NCBI GenBank assembly: GCA_016235455.1
Contig: JACRKZ010000162.1
Coordinates: forward strand, 1 to 18,053
DNA from: Armatimonadota bacterium
GTDB taxonomy: Bacteria; Armatimonadota; UBA10988
Direction of reading: 5' to 3'
DNA length: 18,053 nt
Shown: piece after piece, positions 1-7,297 of the stretch
How positions within the stretch are numbered: position 1 is the first letter of the stretch
How the letters are laid out: each line of letters begins with the position of its first letter
Made by a program: the position numbers and the translations under genes
Notes under the pieces: generated by a model
Told to the model about the DNA's origin: nothing
Databases searched by the model: none
What the model saw: the letters and a program-made list of their open reading frames with translations, nothing else

Positions 1-1935
1 CTCCGGCGCCTGGTAGCGCACGGTGATGCTGACCGGCTCGGTCTGGGCGCCGGCGTCGTTGGTGGCGGTGACGCTGATGACGTTCTCGCCGGGGTTCAAC
101 TCCACCGGTCCGGCGTACTCTTCCGGCCCGCGGATGGGCACAAACACGAACCGGCCTTGCCACGGCGCGCGACCATTGACCATGACCTGCGCCGAGGCGA
201 TCTTGCGGCCGTTGGGATCGCGGAGCTTGGCGCGCACGATGATCTTGTTGTCTGCGAACACCGCGCCGCCCGCGGGCGCCGTGACCTCGATGGTCGGCGG
301 CGCGAACGACGCCATTTGGCTGGCCACCAACGTTGGGTCTGTCTTCTGGTTGCGCTCGGCGTCGGCCTCCGCCACCGCCTTGGCGACGCTGCCGCACTTG
401 AGCACGCGACGGATGACGTCGGGGCGGTAGAACCTGTCGCGGAACTGTGCGGCGCGGTAGAAGAGCGGCTCACCGTCGCCCTGGTTGATCTGCCAGCCGA
501 CCCACTGCTCCGCACCTGGCGTGCAGGCGTAGTAGCCCTCCTCGGTCCAGGCCACCCACTCACCCTCTGGGGACACGTAGAGGCTGAGCAGAGGCGGCAC
601 CTCGGGGCGGGTGTCAGCCAGCGACCAGATGCGCATCACACACTCGCTGTCTCTCGCAGCCAGGTAGCGCTCGTCATTCATGACGGCGATTACTATCGTC
701 TGGTCCGCCGACGTCAACAGCCTGCGCTCCCTGTGGCCGTCGGACCCAAGCAGCTCAACGCCGCCCCACGGATAGCTGGCTGCCACTCGACGGCCACTCA
801 ACAGGGAGGTGGTCCAAAGGCTGCCGTCAGGGCTGAACTCCATGGATAGTGGATCACCTGGCGGCGGTGGATCCGATGCGGCCCACGCTAGTGCATCGCC
901 GTCGCGCGCGATGGCCAGGTAGGGTAACCAGAGGGAGTTCCGGCCGCTCATCCATAGCCGAGCGCCCAAGGTGTGACTCACGCCCAACATGCCTGCACTG
1001 CTCACTACGGCAACTTCGTTCCCGCTGGGCGACAGCGCCAGCGTGTACGGGCCCGCCACCGTTTCGATCGGGCGAGGAGGTTCCTCAACACCATCCGAAC
1101 CGAAGCTCCGCAGCACAGACCCCGACAACGCACAGAAGCCGCCATCGCGGCGCCGACTGAAGAGGTTGGTGTCGAGCCCGGTGACGGGCTTCACGGCGCC
1201 CGTCGCCACGTCTACAAGCACCGGTCCATGCCCCAGCCCGTTGACCGTGCAGATCAGAGAGCGGCCAGCACCATCCCACACCAAGTGGTTGACGCCGTTG
1301 GCGGGCTCGCCCAGCGGGGCCAACTCGTGCGCGGTTAGTGCTGGCCCATCGAGGATGGTCACTCGGGCTGGGTACCCGCCGCAGGCGATTTGCTTGCCAT
1401 CGGGCGAGAAGCTCACGCCGCAGACGTCGTACCCCAGAGCAGGTCGACCTAACTCAAGCCACGTCGCGGTATCCCACACGATCATTGCGGCGCCAGCCGC
1501 TGCCGCCAGGCGATCGCCAGCGGGCGAGAAGGTCACGTTGAAGGTCTCCGTTTGGCCTGCTGGCAACACCCGCAAGAGTCGTCGTGTCGCCATGTCGTAG
1601 ATGCGCACCGCATTGGCCGGTGGATAGCCTGCCACAGCAAGCCAGCGACCGTCCGGTGAGATAGCCACCGTGGAGATCCAGCCGGCCTGGCCTGCCCCAA
1701 TCGGCGCGCGGAGCGTGGCCCGCAGCGAACCGTCCTCCGCATCCCAGATACGGACGGCCTTGTCCCTTGCGCCAGTCACCAACTCTCGGCCATCCGGCGT
1801 CCAAGCCAAGGCGTAGGTGGGACCGCGATGCTGGCCGAGGTCGAGCACCGGAGTCGGCACCGACGCATCGTCGGCGGCCGACGCCTTGATCGCGCCCAGG
1901 GCAGCCACTGTCGCCAGCCAACCACCGATACGCAT
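1..1935 (-). CDS. Secreted WD40-repeat protein, probably with a C-terminal caspase-like (peptidase C14) domain beyond the window; 3' end truncated by the window edge
   Basis: Not in the ORF track because it has no stop in the window. Read by hand, the frame is open from ATG 1935 (or GTG 1938) to base 1, preceded by an SD GGGAGG at 1943-1948. It reads MRIGGWLATVAALGAIKASAADD (signal-like), then WD40 repeats (HRGPTYALAWTPDGRELVTGARDKAVRIWD; VAISPDGRWLAV; VSFSPDGKQIA), then EWVAWTEEGYYACTPGAEQWVGWQIN...QFRDRFYRPDVI and an Ig-like VELNPGENVISVTATN segment. That block is typical of WD40-C14 proteins. The caspase domain itself is not in the window. Confidence 0.88.
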   Translation of the reverse strand, partial: MRIGGWLATVAALGAIKASAADDASVPTPVLDLGQHRGPTYALAWTPDGRELVTGARDKAVRIWDAEDGSLRATLRAPIGAGQAGWISTVAISPDGRWLAVAGYPPANAVRIYDMATRRLLRVLPAGQTETFNVTFSPAGDRLAAAAGAAMIVWDTATWLELGRPALGYDVCGVSFSPDGKQIACGGYPARVTILDGPALTAHELAPLGEPANGVNHLVWDGAGRSLICTVNGLGHGPVLVDVATGAVKPVTGLDTNLFSRRRDGGFCALSGSVLRSFGSDGVEEPPRPIETVAGPYTLALSPSGNEVAVVSSAGMLGVSHTLGARLWMSGRNSLWLPYLAIARDGDALAWAASDPPPPGDPLSMEFSPDGSLWTTSLLSGRRVAASYPWGGVELLGSDGHRERRLLTSADQTIVIAVMNDERYLAARDSECVMRIWSLADTRPEVPPLLSLYVSPEGEWVAWTEEGYYACTPGAEQWVGWQINQGDGEPLFYRAAQFRDRFYRPDVIRRVLKCGSVAKAVAEADAERNQKTDPTLVASQMASFAPPTIEVTAPAGGAVFADNKIIVRAKLRDPNGRKIASAQVMVNGRAPWQGRFVFVPIRGPEEYAGPVELNPGENVISVTATNDAGAQTEPVSITVRYQAPE

Positions 1936-1941
1936 CACAAG

Positions 1942-1978
1942 CCCTCCCGCCGCGCCTACAGGATCGTACCATTTCCGG
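1942..1978 (-). promoter_or_regulatory. Putative extended -10 promoter (TGgTACGAT) and SD for the WD40 gene
   Basis: The minus strand reads ccggaaaTGGTACGAT...GGGAGGgcttgtgATG. The 14-mer cgtaccatttccgg (1965-1978) is identical at 4313-4326, while the flanking spacer has diverged. Confidence 0.55.
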
Positions 1979-2028
1979 GGAGCGAGTGAGCCGGGGGCGG
2001 TGTGAACATCAAGCGACGCCCGCGAGCG

Positions 2029-2315
2029 TCAGTGCGAACTCAGCAATCCCACCGGATCATCCACGCGTAGCGTGGCCGCGACGACACACGCCTCGCCCTG
2101 CGCACAGCCGATCTGCTGACCCCAATAGCCAGCTCTGCTGGCGGCGGCGGCGTGGTAGTCGCTGGTGCCAATGAACCGGTAGCCCTCGGGCATGGGCCGG
2201 TCGAACTGCGAGCTGTAGGCGGCGACGGCCTGGCGCTTGAGGTCCCAGACGCTGCTGATACCGACCACGAAGCTGGGTTAGGCGGCCTCGTGCGTCACGT
2301 AACACAGCGCCGCGC
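2029..2315 (-). pseudogene. bshB1: Duplicated, 5'-truncated 3' end of bshB1
   Basis: Hand alignment of 2051-2300 with 4400-4649 gives 14 mismatches in 250 nt and no gaps. The stop is at the equivalent position (DDPVGLLSSH* vs DDPVALLTQG*). There is a CAA->TAA nonsense change at 2278-2280, and the HPDD catalytic N-terminus is missing. Confidence 0.9.
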
Positions 2316-2513
2316 ATGGCGCGCATCGCACCGTCGGCCGCGGTCCAGGTGCGCGCGTCCCTGTCTGCGGCGCATGGACCAGCTCCCGGTGGTCGGGCGC
2401 CCAGGCGACGACGGACACCATGGCGTTGTGCCGCTCCGGGGTCCAGCATCTCCAATGGCCGGGCCACCGCCGCCGCAGACACGGCCACGTCCGTGCGCAA
2501 CCAGTACCGCCAG

Positions 2514-2850
2514 CTACCTCGACGCCGCCACCGGCAGGCTGCTGCGGATCGTCGTCGGCCGCTGCGGGGTCGGATGCTGCCGGCCCTCGGTCAGTTCCTT
2601 CACACGCTCGGCCACGAAGGCATCCAGTTCAGCGACGCTGATCACCCCGTCACCGCTCAGGTCGGCCTTGCCACCCAGGCCTTCCACCAGCGCCTTGGTG
2701 AAGGCGCCGTTGACCCATTCAGGCCGCTCGTAGCTGACCTCGCTGGGCATGCACGAGGCCAGCGTGATCACGCCGACCTCGTCGGTGGCGGCGTCGCGCA
2801 GGGCGTTGGCGTAGCACAGGCGACCAACCGGCCGCGTGCCTGACCCAGCG
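2514..2850 (-). pseudogene. Orphan C-terminal fragment of a caspase-like (peptidase C14) domain protein
   Basis: Reads YANALRDAATDEVGVITLASCMPSEVSYERPEWVNGAFTKALVEGLGGKADLSGDGVISVAELDAFVAERVKELTEGRQHP. The GAFTxAL...G.AD...DG.I...EL..FV..RV..LT.G.Q.P pattern is the usual C14 C-terminus. No His-Gly or D-x-C catalytic motifs and no convincing start. The 5' boundary is approximate. Confidence 0.8.
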
Positions 2851-2870
2851 CCGCGGTCGTTGCGTCCGCG

Positions 2871-4112
2871 TCACGGCCGCCAGTACGCGTCCACCGCCTC
2901 CTTCGCCAGCCGCACATAGCGCCGTCCGCGCTCGGCGTCACCGAAGATCGTCCCCACCTCGCGCTGCGCGATCTCGAACAGACAGCCGCTCGCCGCCTCG
3001 CAGACGCCCCGGAAGTAGGCCGTGATGGCCTCGTCGTCGAGCGGGCCGTGTCCGGTGACGAACTCGGCGCGGGGCTTGCTGTAGTAGACCACCCGGCTGC
3101 CGCGCAGATACTCACCGACCTGGCGCTCGTTGTTGAACGGCGAGACCGACAGCTTGCGCAACTTGGGCCACCGCGCCAGCCAATCGGGCCAGATGGCGTC
3201 GACGCGTTCGCAGCAACCATAGGAGAGCAGCCCATAGCGCGCGACCAGCCGATCCTGGTAGGGGAAGACGAACTCGCCGAAGGTGTCCGCCGCCACGGCC
3301 GTCGTCTCTTGGGACTCGAGGTAGCCCCAGCACTCGGTTGTGCGCGTCACCGCCCCGGTCGGCAGCTCGTCGGTGAAGGCGTAGGACTCCTGCGCCAGCG
3401 GGCTGAGGCCGGTCGTGGGCAGCAGCAGGCCCTCGGCTTCGAGGAAGTCGTAGTAGCGTTCGTACACCTGGGTGCCCATTTCCATGGCGGCATGCACGGC
3501 CTCTGGGCTGTCGTACATCGCCAGGTAGTAGGCTTCCATGCCCATCAGGTGAACGAGCGGGTTGGTCAAGCTGCCCCCCAAGCTGTCCATCACCATGCGC
3601 ACCGGCAGGATGTCGCCGATCAGGTCCTCGACCAGTTCGCGGTGACGCGCGGTGCCTTCGCGGTCGACGCCGAACGAGCCGCCGCGCAGCTTGTCCAGTT
3701 CGGCGGCCAGGTCGGTGATCACCGGGTCGATGTGGAACCCCTGCGCGTGCGGACCCTTGGCGCGCGTGATCTTGGCCTGCAGGCCAAAGGGACGGACATG
3801 GGTGTGCCAGCCCATGTCGAAGGTCGGCGGGATGGGCGTGTCGTCGTCGAACAGTTCGCGCCCGACCAGCCGGGCCAGGAGCGTCGCCTCCAGCCGGCGC
3901 GCGGCCTCTCCCTCGCATCGCAGGCGCGGGGTGATGACCTCGTGACCGAAGTTGGAGAAGAGCAGTCGGACGGGCGGGGACTCACGGCGCCCCTCCGCCT
4001 GCGCCTGCCACTGGCGGAGAATCGCCTCGTTGCGCGGCGACGTGGCGTACTCGAGCTGGAGCTGCGCTCGCTGTCTCAGGACCTCCCGGTCGCGGGCGGA
4101 TACTGCCTCCAT
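2871..4112 (-). CDS. Uncharacterised UROD/MetE-like (uroporphyrinogen decarboxylase-fold) protein, 413 aa
   Basis: Clean high-GC3 ORF with SD AAGGAG. Motifs LVHLMGMEAYYLAMYDSPEAVH, ESQET...FGEFVFPYQ, YGCCE and LRKLSVSP are recalled from this family; function is unknown. Confidence 0.75.
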   Translation of the reverse strand: MEAVSARDREVLRQRAQLQLEYATSPRNEAILRQWQAQAEGRRESPPVRLLFSNFGHEVITPRLRCEGEAARRLEATLLARLVGRELFDDDTPIPPTFDMGWHTHVRPFGLQAKITRAKGPHAQGFHIDPVITDLAAELDKLRGGSFGVDREGTARHRELVEDLIGDILPVRMVMDSLGGSLTNPLVHLMGMEAYYLAMYDSPEAVHAAMEMGTQVYERYYDFLEAEGLLLPTTGLSPLAQESYAFTDELPTGAVTRTTECWGYLESQETTAVAADTFGEFVFPYQDRLVARYGLLSYGCCERVDAIWPDWLARWPKLRKLSVSPFNNERQVGEYLRGSRVVYYSKPRAEFVTGHGPLDDEAITAYFRGVCEAASGCLFEIAQREVGTIFGDAERGRRYVRLAKEAVDAYWRP

Positions 4113-4117
4113 GGGTT

Positions 4118-4178
4118 GGCTCCTTGCTCCGTGCGGCCGACGGCATCGGTGCCGCGTGCAGGGGCGCCCATTCTAGCA
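4118..4178 (-). promoter_or_regulatory. Putative extended -10 (TGcTAGAAT, 4170-4178) and SD for the UROD-like gene
   Basis: Near-consensus TGnTAnAAT in a GC-rich background, ~58 nt upstream of the ATG, with AAGGAG just before the start. Confidence 0.6.
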
Positions 4179-4283
4179 CTGTCCGGAGCACTCCGCGCGG
4201 CCGCATCGCGGCCGGCCGCAGGACACAATGGCACCGCGCATCCCCCATTGGGCGCTCCCCGCCAGCACGACCAGTCCAGGCAT
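4173..4283 (-). pseudogene. Start remnant of the proximal WD40/C14 gene copy (36 codons)
   Basis: GGGAGG-gcat-GTG-ATG sits at the same relative position as the 1935 start. MPGLVVLA aligns to MRIGGWLA, and the frame then ends at a TAG within the next gene's -10 box. Confidence 0.45.
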
Positions 4284-4664
4284 CACATGCCCTCCCGTCG
4301 CACTTCGGGTAGCGTACCATTTCCGGCGTACCCATGCCGCGTTGCGGCTGGAGGATGCGCGCTGCCGGACGGCTGGCTCAGCCCTGGGTCAGCAGCGCCA
4401 CCGGATCATCCACCCGCAGCGTGCCCGCGACCACATACGCCTCGCCCTGCGCACAGCCGATCTGCTGGCCCCAATAGCCAGCTCTGCTGGCGGCTGCGGC
4501 GTGGTAGTCGCTGGTGCCGATGAAGCGGTAGCCCTCGGGCATGGGTCGGTCGAACTGCGAGCTGTAGGCGGCGACGGCCTGTCGCTTGAGGTCCCAGACG
4601 CTGCTGATATCGACCACGAAGCTGGGTTGGGCGGCCTCGTGCATCACGTAGTACAGCACGGCGC
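4260..4664. repeat. Direct repeat copy 2 (includes the functional bshB1 3' end and the duplicated promoter/SD)
   Basis: Collinear with copy 1 at 1912-2315. The -10-like element here is TGgTACGCT (4311-4319) and the SD is at 4290-4296. Confidence 0.85.
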
Positions 4665-5103
4665 GGGGCGAGTGCGGCGCGTGCGCGGTCTCGATGCGGG
4701 CCATGCGCGCCCAGAAGGCACCGGCCGTGACGAAGGCGCTGGCCGCGGCGTGGTCCGGGTGGCGATCGGTGGGCATGGGCGCGAGCACCAGCGTGGGCCG
4801 GTAGCGGCGGATGGTGTCGGCCACGAGCAGTCGGTAGTCGAGATTGTCGGTGAGGTGCAGGTCGGGCAGGCCCAGGTTCTCGCGCGCGGCCAGACCCAGG
4901 ATCTGCGCCGCGCGGCCCGCCTCGATCTCGCGTTCTGCCACGCTCCCTCGACTGGCGCCCTCGCCACGGGTCAGGTCGATGGCCGCGGCGCCTTGACCGC
5001 GTTGGGCGGCCAGGGCCAGCAGGCCGCCGCCGCCCAGTTCAATGTCGTCAGGATGGGCACCAAAGGCCAGCACCGCGACCTGGGGCGTGTCAGTCGTCGT
5101 CAT
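4378..5103 (-). CDS. bshB1: Bacillithiol biosynthesis deacetylase BshB1 (PIG-L/LmbE family), 241 aa
   Basis: Motifs GAHPDDIELGGGG, DLTRGE, DRHPDH, VDISSVWDLKRQAVAAYSSQF and GQQIGCAQGEAY. The start is placed at ATG 5103 (MTTTDTPQ), overlapping the plsY end, rather than at 5166. Confidence 0.88.
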   Translation of the reverse strand: MTTTDTPQVAVLAFGAHPDDIELGGGGLLALAAQRGQGAAAIDLTRGEGASRGSVAEREIEAGRAAQILGLAARENLGLPDLHLTDNLDYRLLVADTIRRYRPTLVLAPMPTDRHPDHAAASAFVTAGAFWARMARIETAHAPHSPRAVLYYVMHEAAQPSFVVDISSVWDLKRQAVAAYSSQFDRPMPEGYRFIGTSDYHAAAASRAGYWGQQIGCAQGEAYVVAGTLRVDDPVALLTQG

Positions 5104-5722
5104 CGCGTTCCGGGTCCTCGATGCCCTGGGGCGCGGCTTTGCGGCCGAAGCGCAGCTCCTCGCCACGCATCAGTCGGCGGAGGTTGGAGCGGTGGCGCAC
5201 CCAGATGACCAGCGTGCCGGCCCAGAAGGCGACCTTGTAGGAGGTGGGCAGGTGCAGGGCCGTGGCCACCAGCGCGGCCACGGTGATGCCGGCCAGCGAG
5301 CCCACCGACACGTAGCCGGTCAGCTTGAAGACAACGGCCCACAGCGCCAGCCCGATGACCGCTGGCCAGGCGCCCAGCGCGGCGAGGAAGCCCAGACTGG
5401 TGCTGACGCCCTTGCCGCCGCCGCCGCCGAGGAAGATGGAGCACGAATGGCCGAGCAGCGAGGCCATGCCGGCGGCGACGTGCAGCACCGGCCACTGCGG
5501 CGAGATGGCACGGGCCACGAGCACGGGCAACAGGCCCTTGAGCACGTCGAGCAGGAAGGCGGGCAGGCCGGCCTTGGCACCGCACGTGCGCCACACGTTG
5601 GTCGCGCCGATGTTGCCGCTGCCGGCCTTGCGCACATCGACGCCGCAGGCGCGACCAATGAGCAGGCCGAACGGCACGGCGCCGAACAGGTAGGCGACCG
5701 GAATGAGAAGCCAAGCCATCAT
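5090..5722 (-). CDS. plsY: Glycerol-3-phosphate acyltransferase PlsY
   Basis: Motifs AYLFGAVPFG, GSGNIGATNVWR, DVLKG, GH...FLGGGGGKGVST, GYVSVGS and RHRSNLRRLMRGEE; multi-TM; close to der. Confidence 0.96.
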   Translation of the reverse strand: MMAWLLIPVAYLFGAVPFGLLIGRACGVDVRKAGSGNIGATNVWRTCGAKAGLPAFLLDVLKGLLPVLVARAISPQWPVLHVAAGMASLLGHSCSIFLGGGGGKGVSTSLGFLAALGAWPAVIGLALWAVVFKLTGYVSVGSLAGITVAALVATALHLPTSYKVAFWAGTLVIWVRHRSNLRRLMRGEELRFGRKAAPQGIEDPERDDDD

Positions 5723-7251
5723 GGACCCTTGACCTCCAGTACTTCGACAGTCAGGTTGCCCAGCGCGGGCAGCATCTCGAACAGCGCCGTGTAGTCGTCG
5801 CCTTGCGCCAGCTTGAGCCGCGCGGCATCGGCCACCTGCTGACTCAGTGTAGCGTCAACCGGCTGCCAGCGGTCACCTACCCAGGTTTCGGCCCAGGCGT
5901 GGCCCAGGAACGAGTCGTTGAGGTAGATGAGCCCGCCGCAGACCCGCGTCGGCAGGCCGGCGGCCCGTGCCAGCGCGGTGTACAGCGCGGCGGCATCGCG
6001 ACAGACGCCGTTGGGGTCGCGGAAGACCTCCAGCGCCGAGCGGAACATGCCCACATTGGACTGCCACTTGACCCGGCCGCGCACGTACAGCTGGATGGCG
6101 TGGGCCCGGTCGGCGGGGTTCTGCGCCGTGCCGACGGCCTCCTTGGCGGCGGCCACCAGATCCGGGTGTTCCGCCTGGATGTAGCTGGTCGCGCGCAGGA
6201 AGGTCTTCTTCTCGACCTCCGTGGGCGGCGTGGCCTGGGCCGGCGGCGGCGCGGTGACGGTCACCTCGCGCCAACCATCGCCCAGGTCCTTGATCTGCTG
6301 GCTGCCGTCGTTGGGCACGGCGGACAACAGGGCCAGCCCCTTGACGCGGAGCCGCAGATGCCGCACCTCGCGCGGGTTGGGAATGGGCTTGTCGGGGTGA
6401 ATGGCCGTGGCCGTGGCCAGGTCGACCCGCTGACCGCCCTTGTCCAGGCTCAGCGCCTGTTCCTTGGGCTCGTCGCGGTAGCTGAGCTTGGCCTGCATCA
6501 TGGCCACTTCGGTCTGGCGCGGCCGGCCCGTGGCGTCCACCCAGGAAGTCATGGTGCCGAACTTGGTCTTGACCGTGACCACCGTTGCGTCGATGTTCTC
6601 GCCGACCAGCGCCAGCGGCTCCGTGCGGTCACAGGACAGCTCGTTCTCGTCGATGGACAGCGTCACCGGGTTGAAGGTGTGGAAGGTCAGCTTGTCGCCG
6701 GGCTTGAGCTTGCGGTGGGCCAGCACCAGGCGCGCATCGGCCACGAGCTTGGTGCCCGCCGGAATGGGCACGGTACCGCTGTTGGCGTCGCCGCCCTTGC
6801 CTTCGGCATCGCCGCCGACCCGCTGGTAGGTCACCTTGTCGGCGCCGAACTGCGCCTTGACGGTGGTCGACCGACCGCTGCTGGTCAGCGCGAAATGCAT
6901 CTCGATGGGGGCGTAGGCGGCGTCGCAGATGACCTTGGTGAGCGTCGACTGGCGCAACGGCTGGCCCATGAGGTTGAGGTCGACCAGATCGGAGTTGGCA
7001 TACTCGAACTGGCCGGGATGCGCGGGGTCGGGTCGCAGGGTCTCCTGCAGGTAGCCGATCTTCTGGCTCTGCAAATAGACGCCGTACCAGAACTCCTCCG
7101 AGCCGGCGCTAGCGGCAGCGGCCGTCTTGGCGGGCGTGGCGCCCGCCTGGGCCTCGGCTAGGGTCGCGCCGCGTCGGCAGGCGCCCATCATGCCTAGCAC
7201 CAGAACCCCCACCGCCCACAAGGCGGCCACGCGACCTCGCTTAGTTGCCAC
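5719..7251 (-). CDS. Transglutaminase-like domain lipoprotein
   Basis: Cys-His-Asp triad motifs GVCRDAAALYTALARAAGLP, HAWAE and WQPVDAT. The preferred start is GTG 7251 (SD GAGAGG), giving MATKRGRVAALWAVGVLVLGMMGA-C, a lipobox. The ORF track start at 7335 overlaps der. The stop overlaps the plsY start (ATGA). Confidence 0.85.
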   Translation of the reverse strand: MATKRGRVAALWAVGVLVLGMMGACRRGATLAEAQAGATPAKTAAAASAGSEEFWYGVYLQSQKIGYLQETLRPDPAHPGQFEYANSDLVDLNLMGQPLRQSTLTKVICDAAYAPIEMHFALTSSGRSTTVKAQFGADKVTYQRVGGDAEGKGGDANSGTVPIPAGTKLVADARLVLAHRKLKPGDKLTFHTFNPVTLSIDENELSCDRTEPLALVGENIDATVVTVKTKFGTMTSWVDATGRPRQTEVAMMQAKLSYRDEPKEQALSLDKGGQRVDLATATAIHPDKPIPNPREVRHLRLRVKGLALLSAVPNDGSQQIKDLGDGWREVTVTAPPPAQATPPTEVEKKTFLRATSYIQAEHPDLVAAAKEAVGTAQNPADRAHAIQLYVRGRVKWQSNVGMFRSALEVFRDPNGVCRDAAALYTALARAAGLPTRVCGGLIYLNDSFLGHAWAETWVGDRWQPVDATLSQQVADAARLKLAQGDDYTALFEMLPALGNLTVEVLEVKGP

Positions 7252-7297
7252 GGCTGGCCTCTCATCAGCGCTGTTGACCGGGCGTTGGCGCGCATGG

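Larger units (their letters stand above)
1912..2315. repeat. Direct repeat copy 1 (start of WD40 gene + promoter + bshB1 3' end)
   Basis: Collinear with ~4260-4664 at offset 2348-2349. Shared blocks are cgccagc-N13-gcatcaca-N-gccctcccg, cgtaccatttccgg and the ~94% identical bshB1 tail. Confidence 0.85.

Noticed and set aside
1454-1972. Paired ORFs 1454-1972 (MVRSCRRGGRACDAY) and 3982-4335 (..MVRYPKCDGRACDAW) with similar N-termini
   Set aside because: The similarity is just the duplicated promoter/SD DNA read out of frame; the WD40 frame is the coding one.
2316-2513. Further degenerate bshB1 sequence upstream of the orphan tail
   Set aside because: Only short GC-rich matches that I cannot distinguish from chance by eye.
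4173-4283. 36-aa peptide with a Cys-rich tail (SCGRPRCGRAECSGQC) as a RiPP precursor
   Set aside because: There are no modifying enzymes or transporter in the window. The start is explained as the remnant of the duplicated gene, and the tail runs into the next promoter.
2029-4664. Repeat pair as a diversity-generating retroelement TR/VR, or as prophage attL/attR
   Set aside because: The mismatches are not adenine-specific and are mostly synonymous. No reverse transcriptase, integrase or phage gene is in the window.
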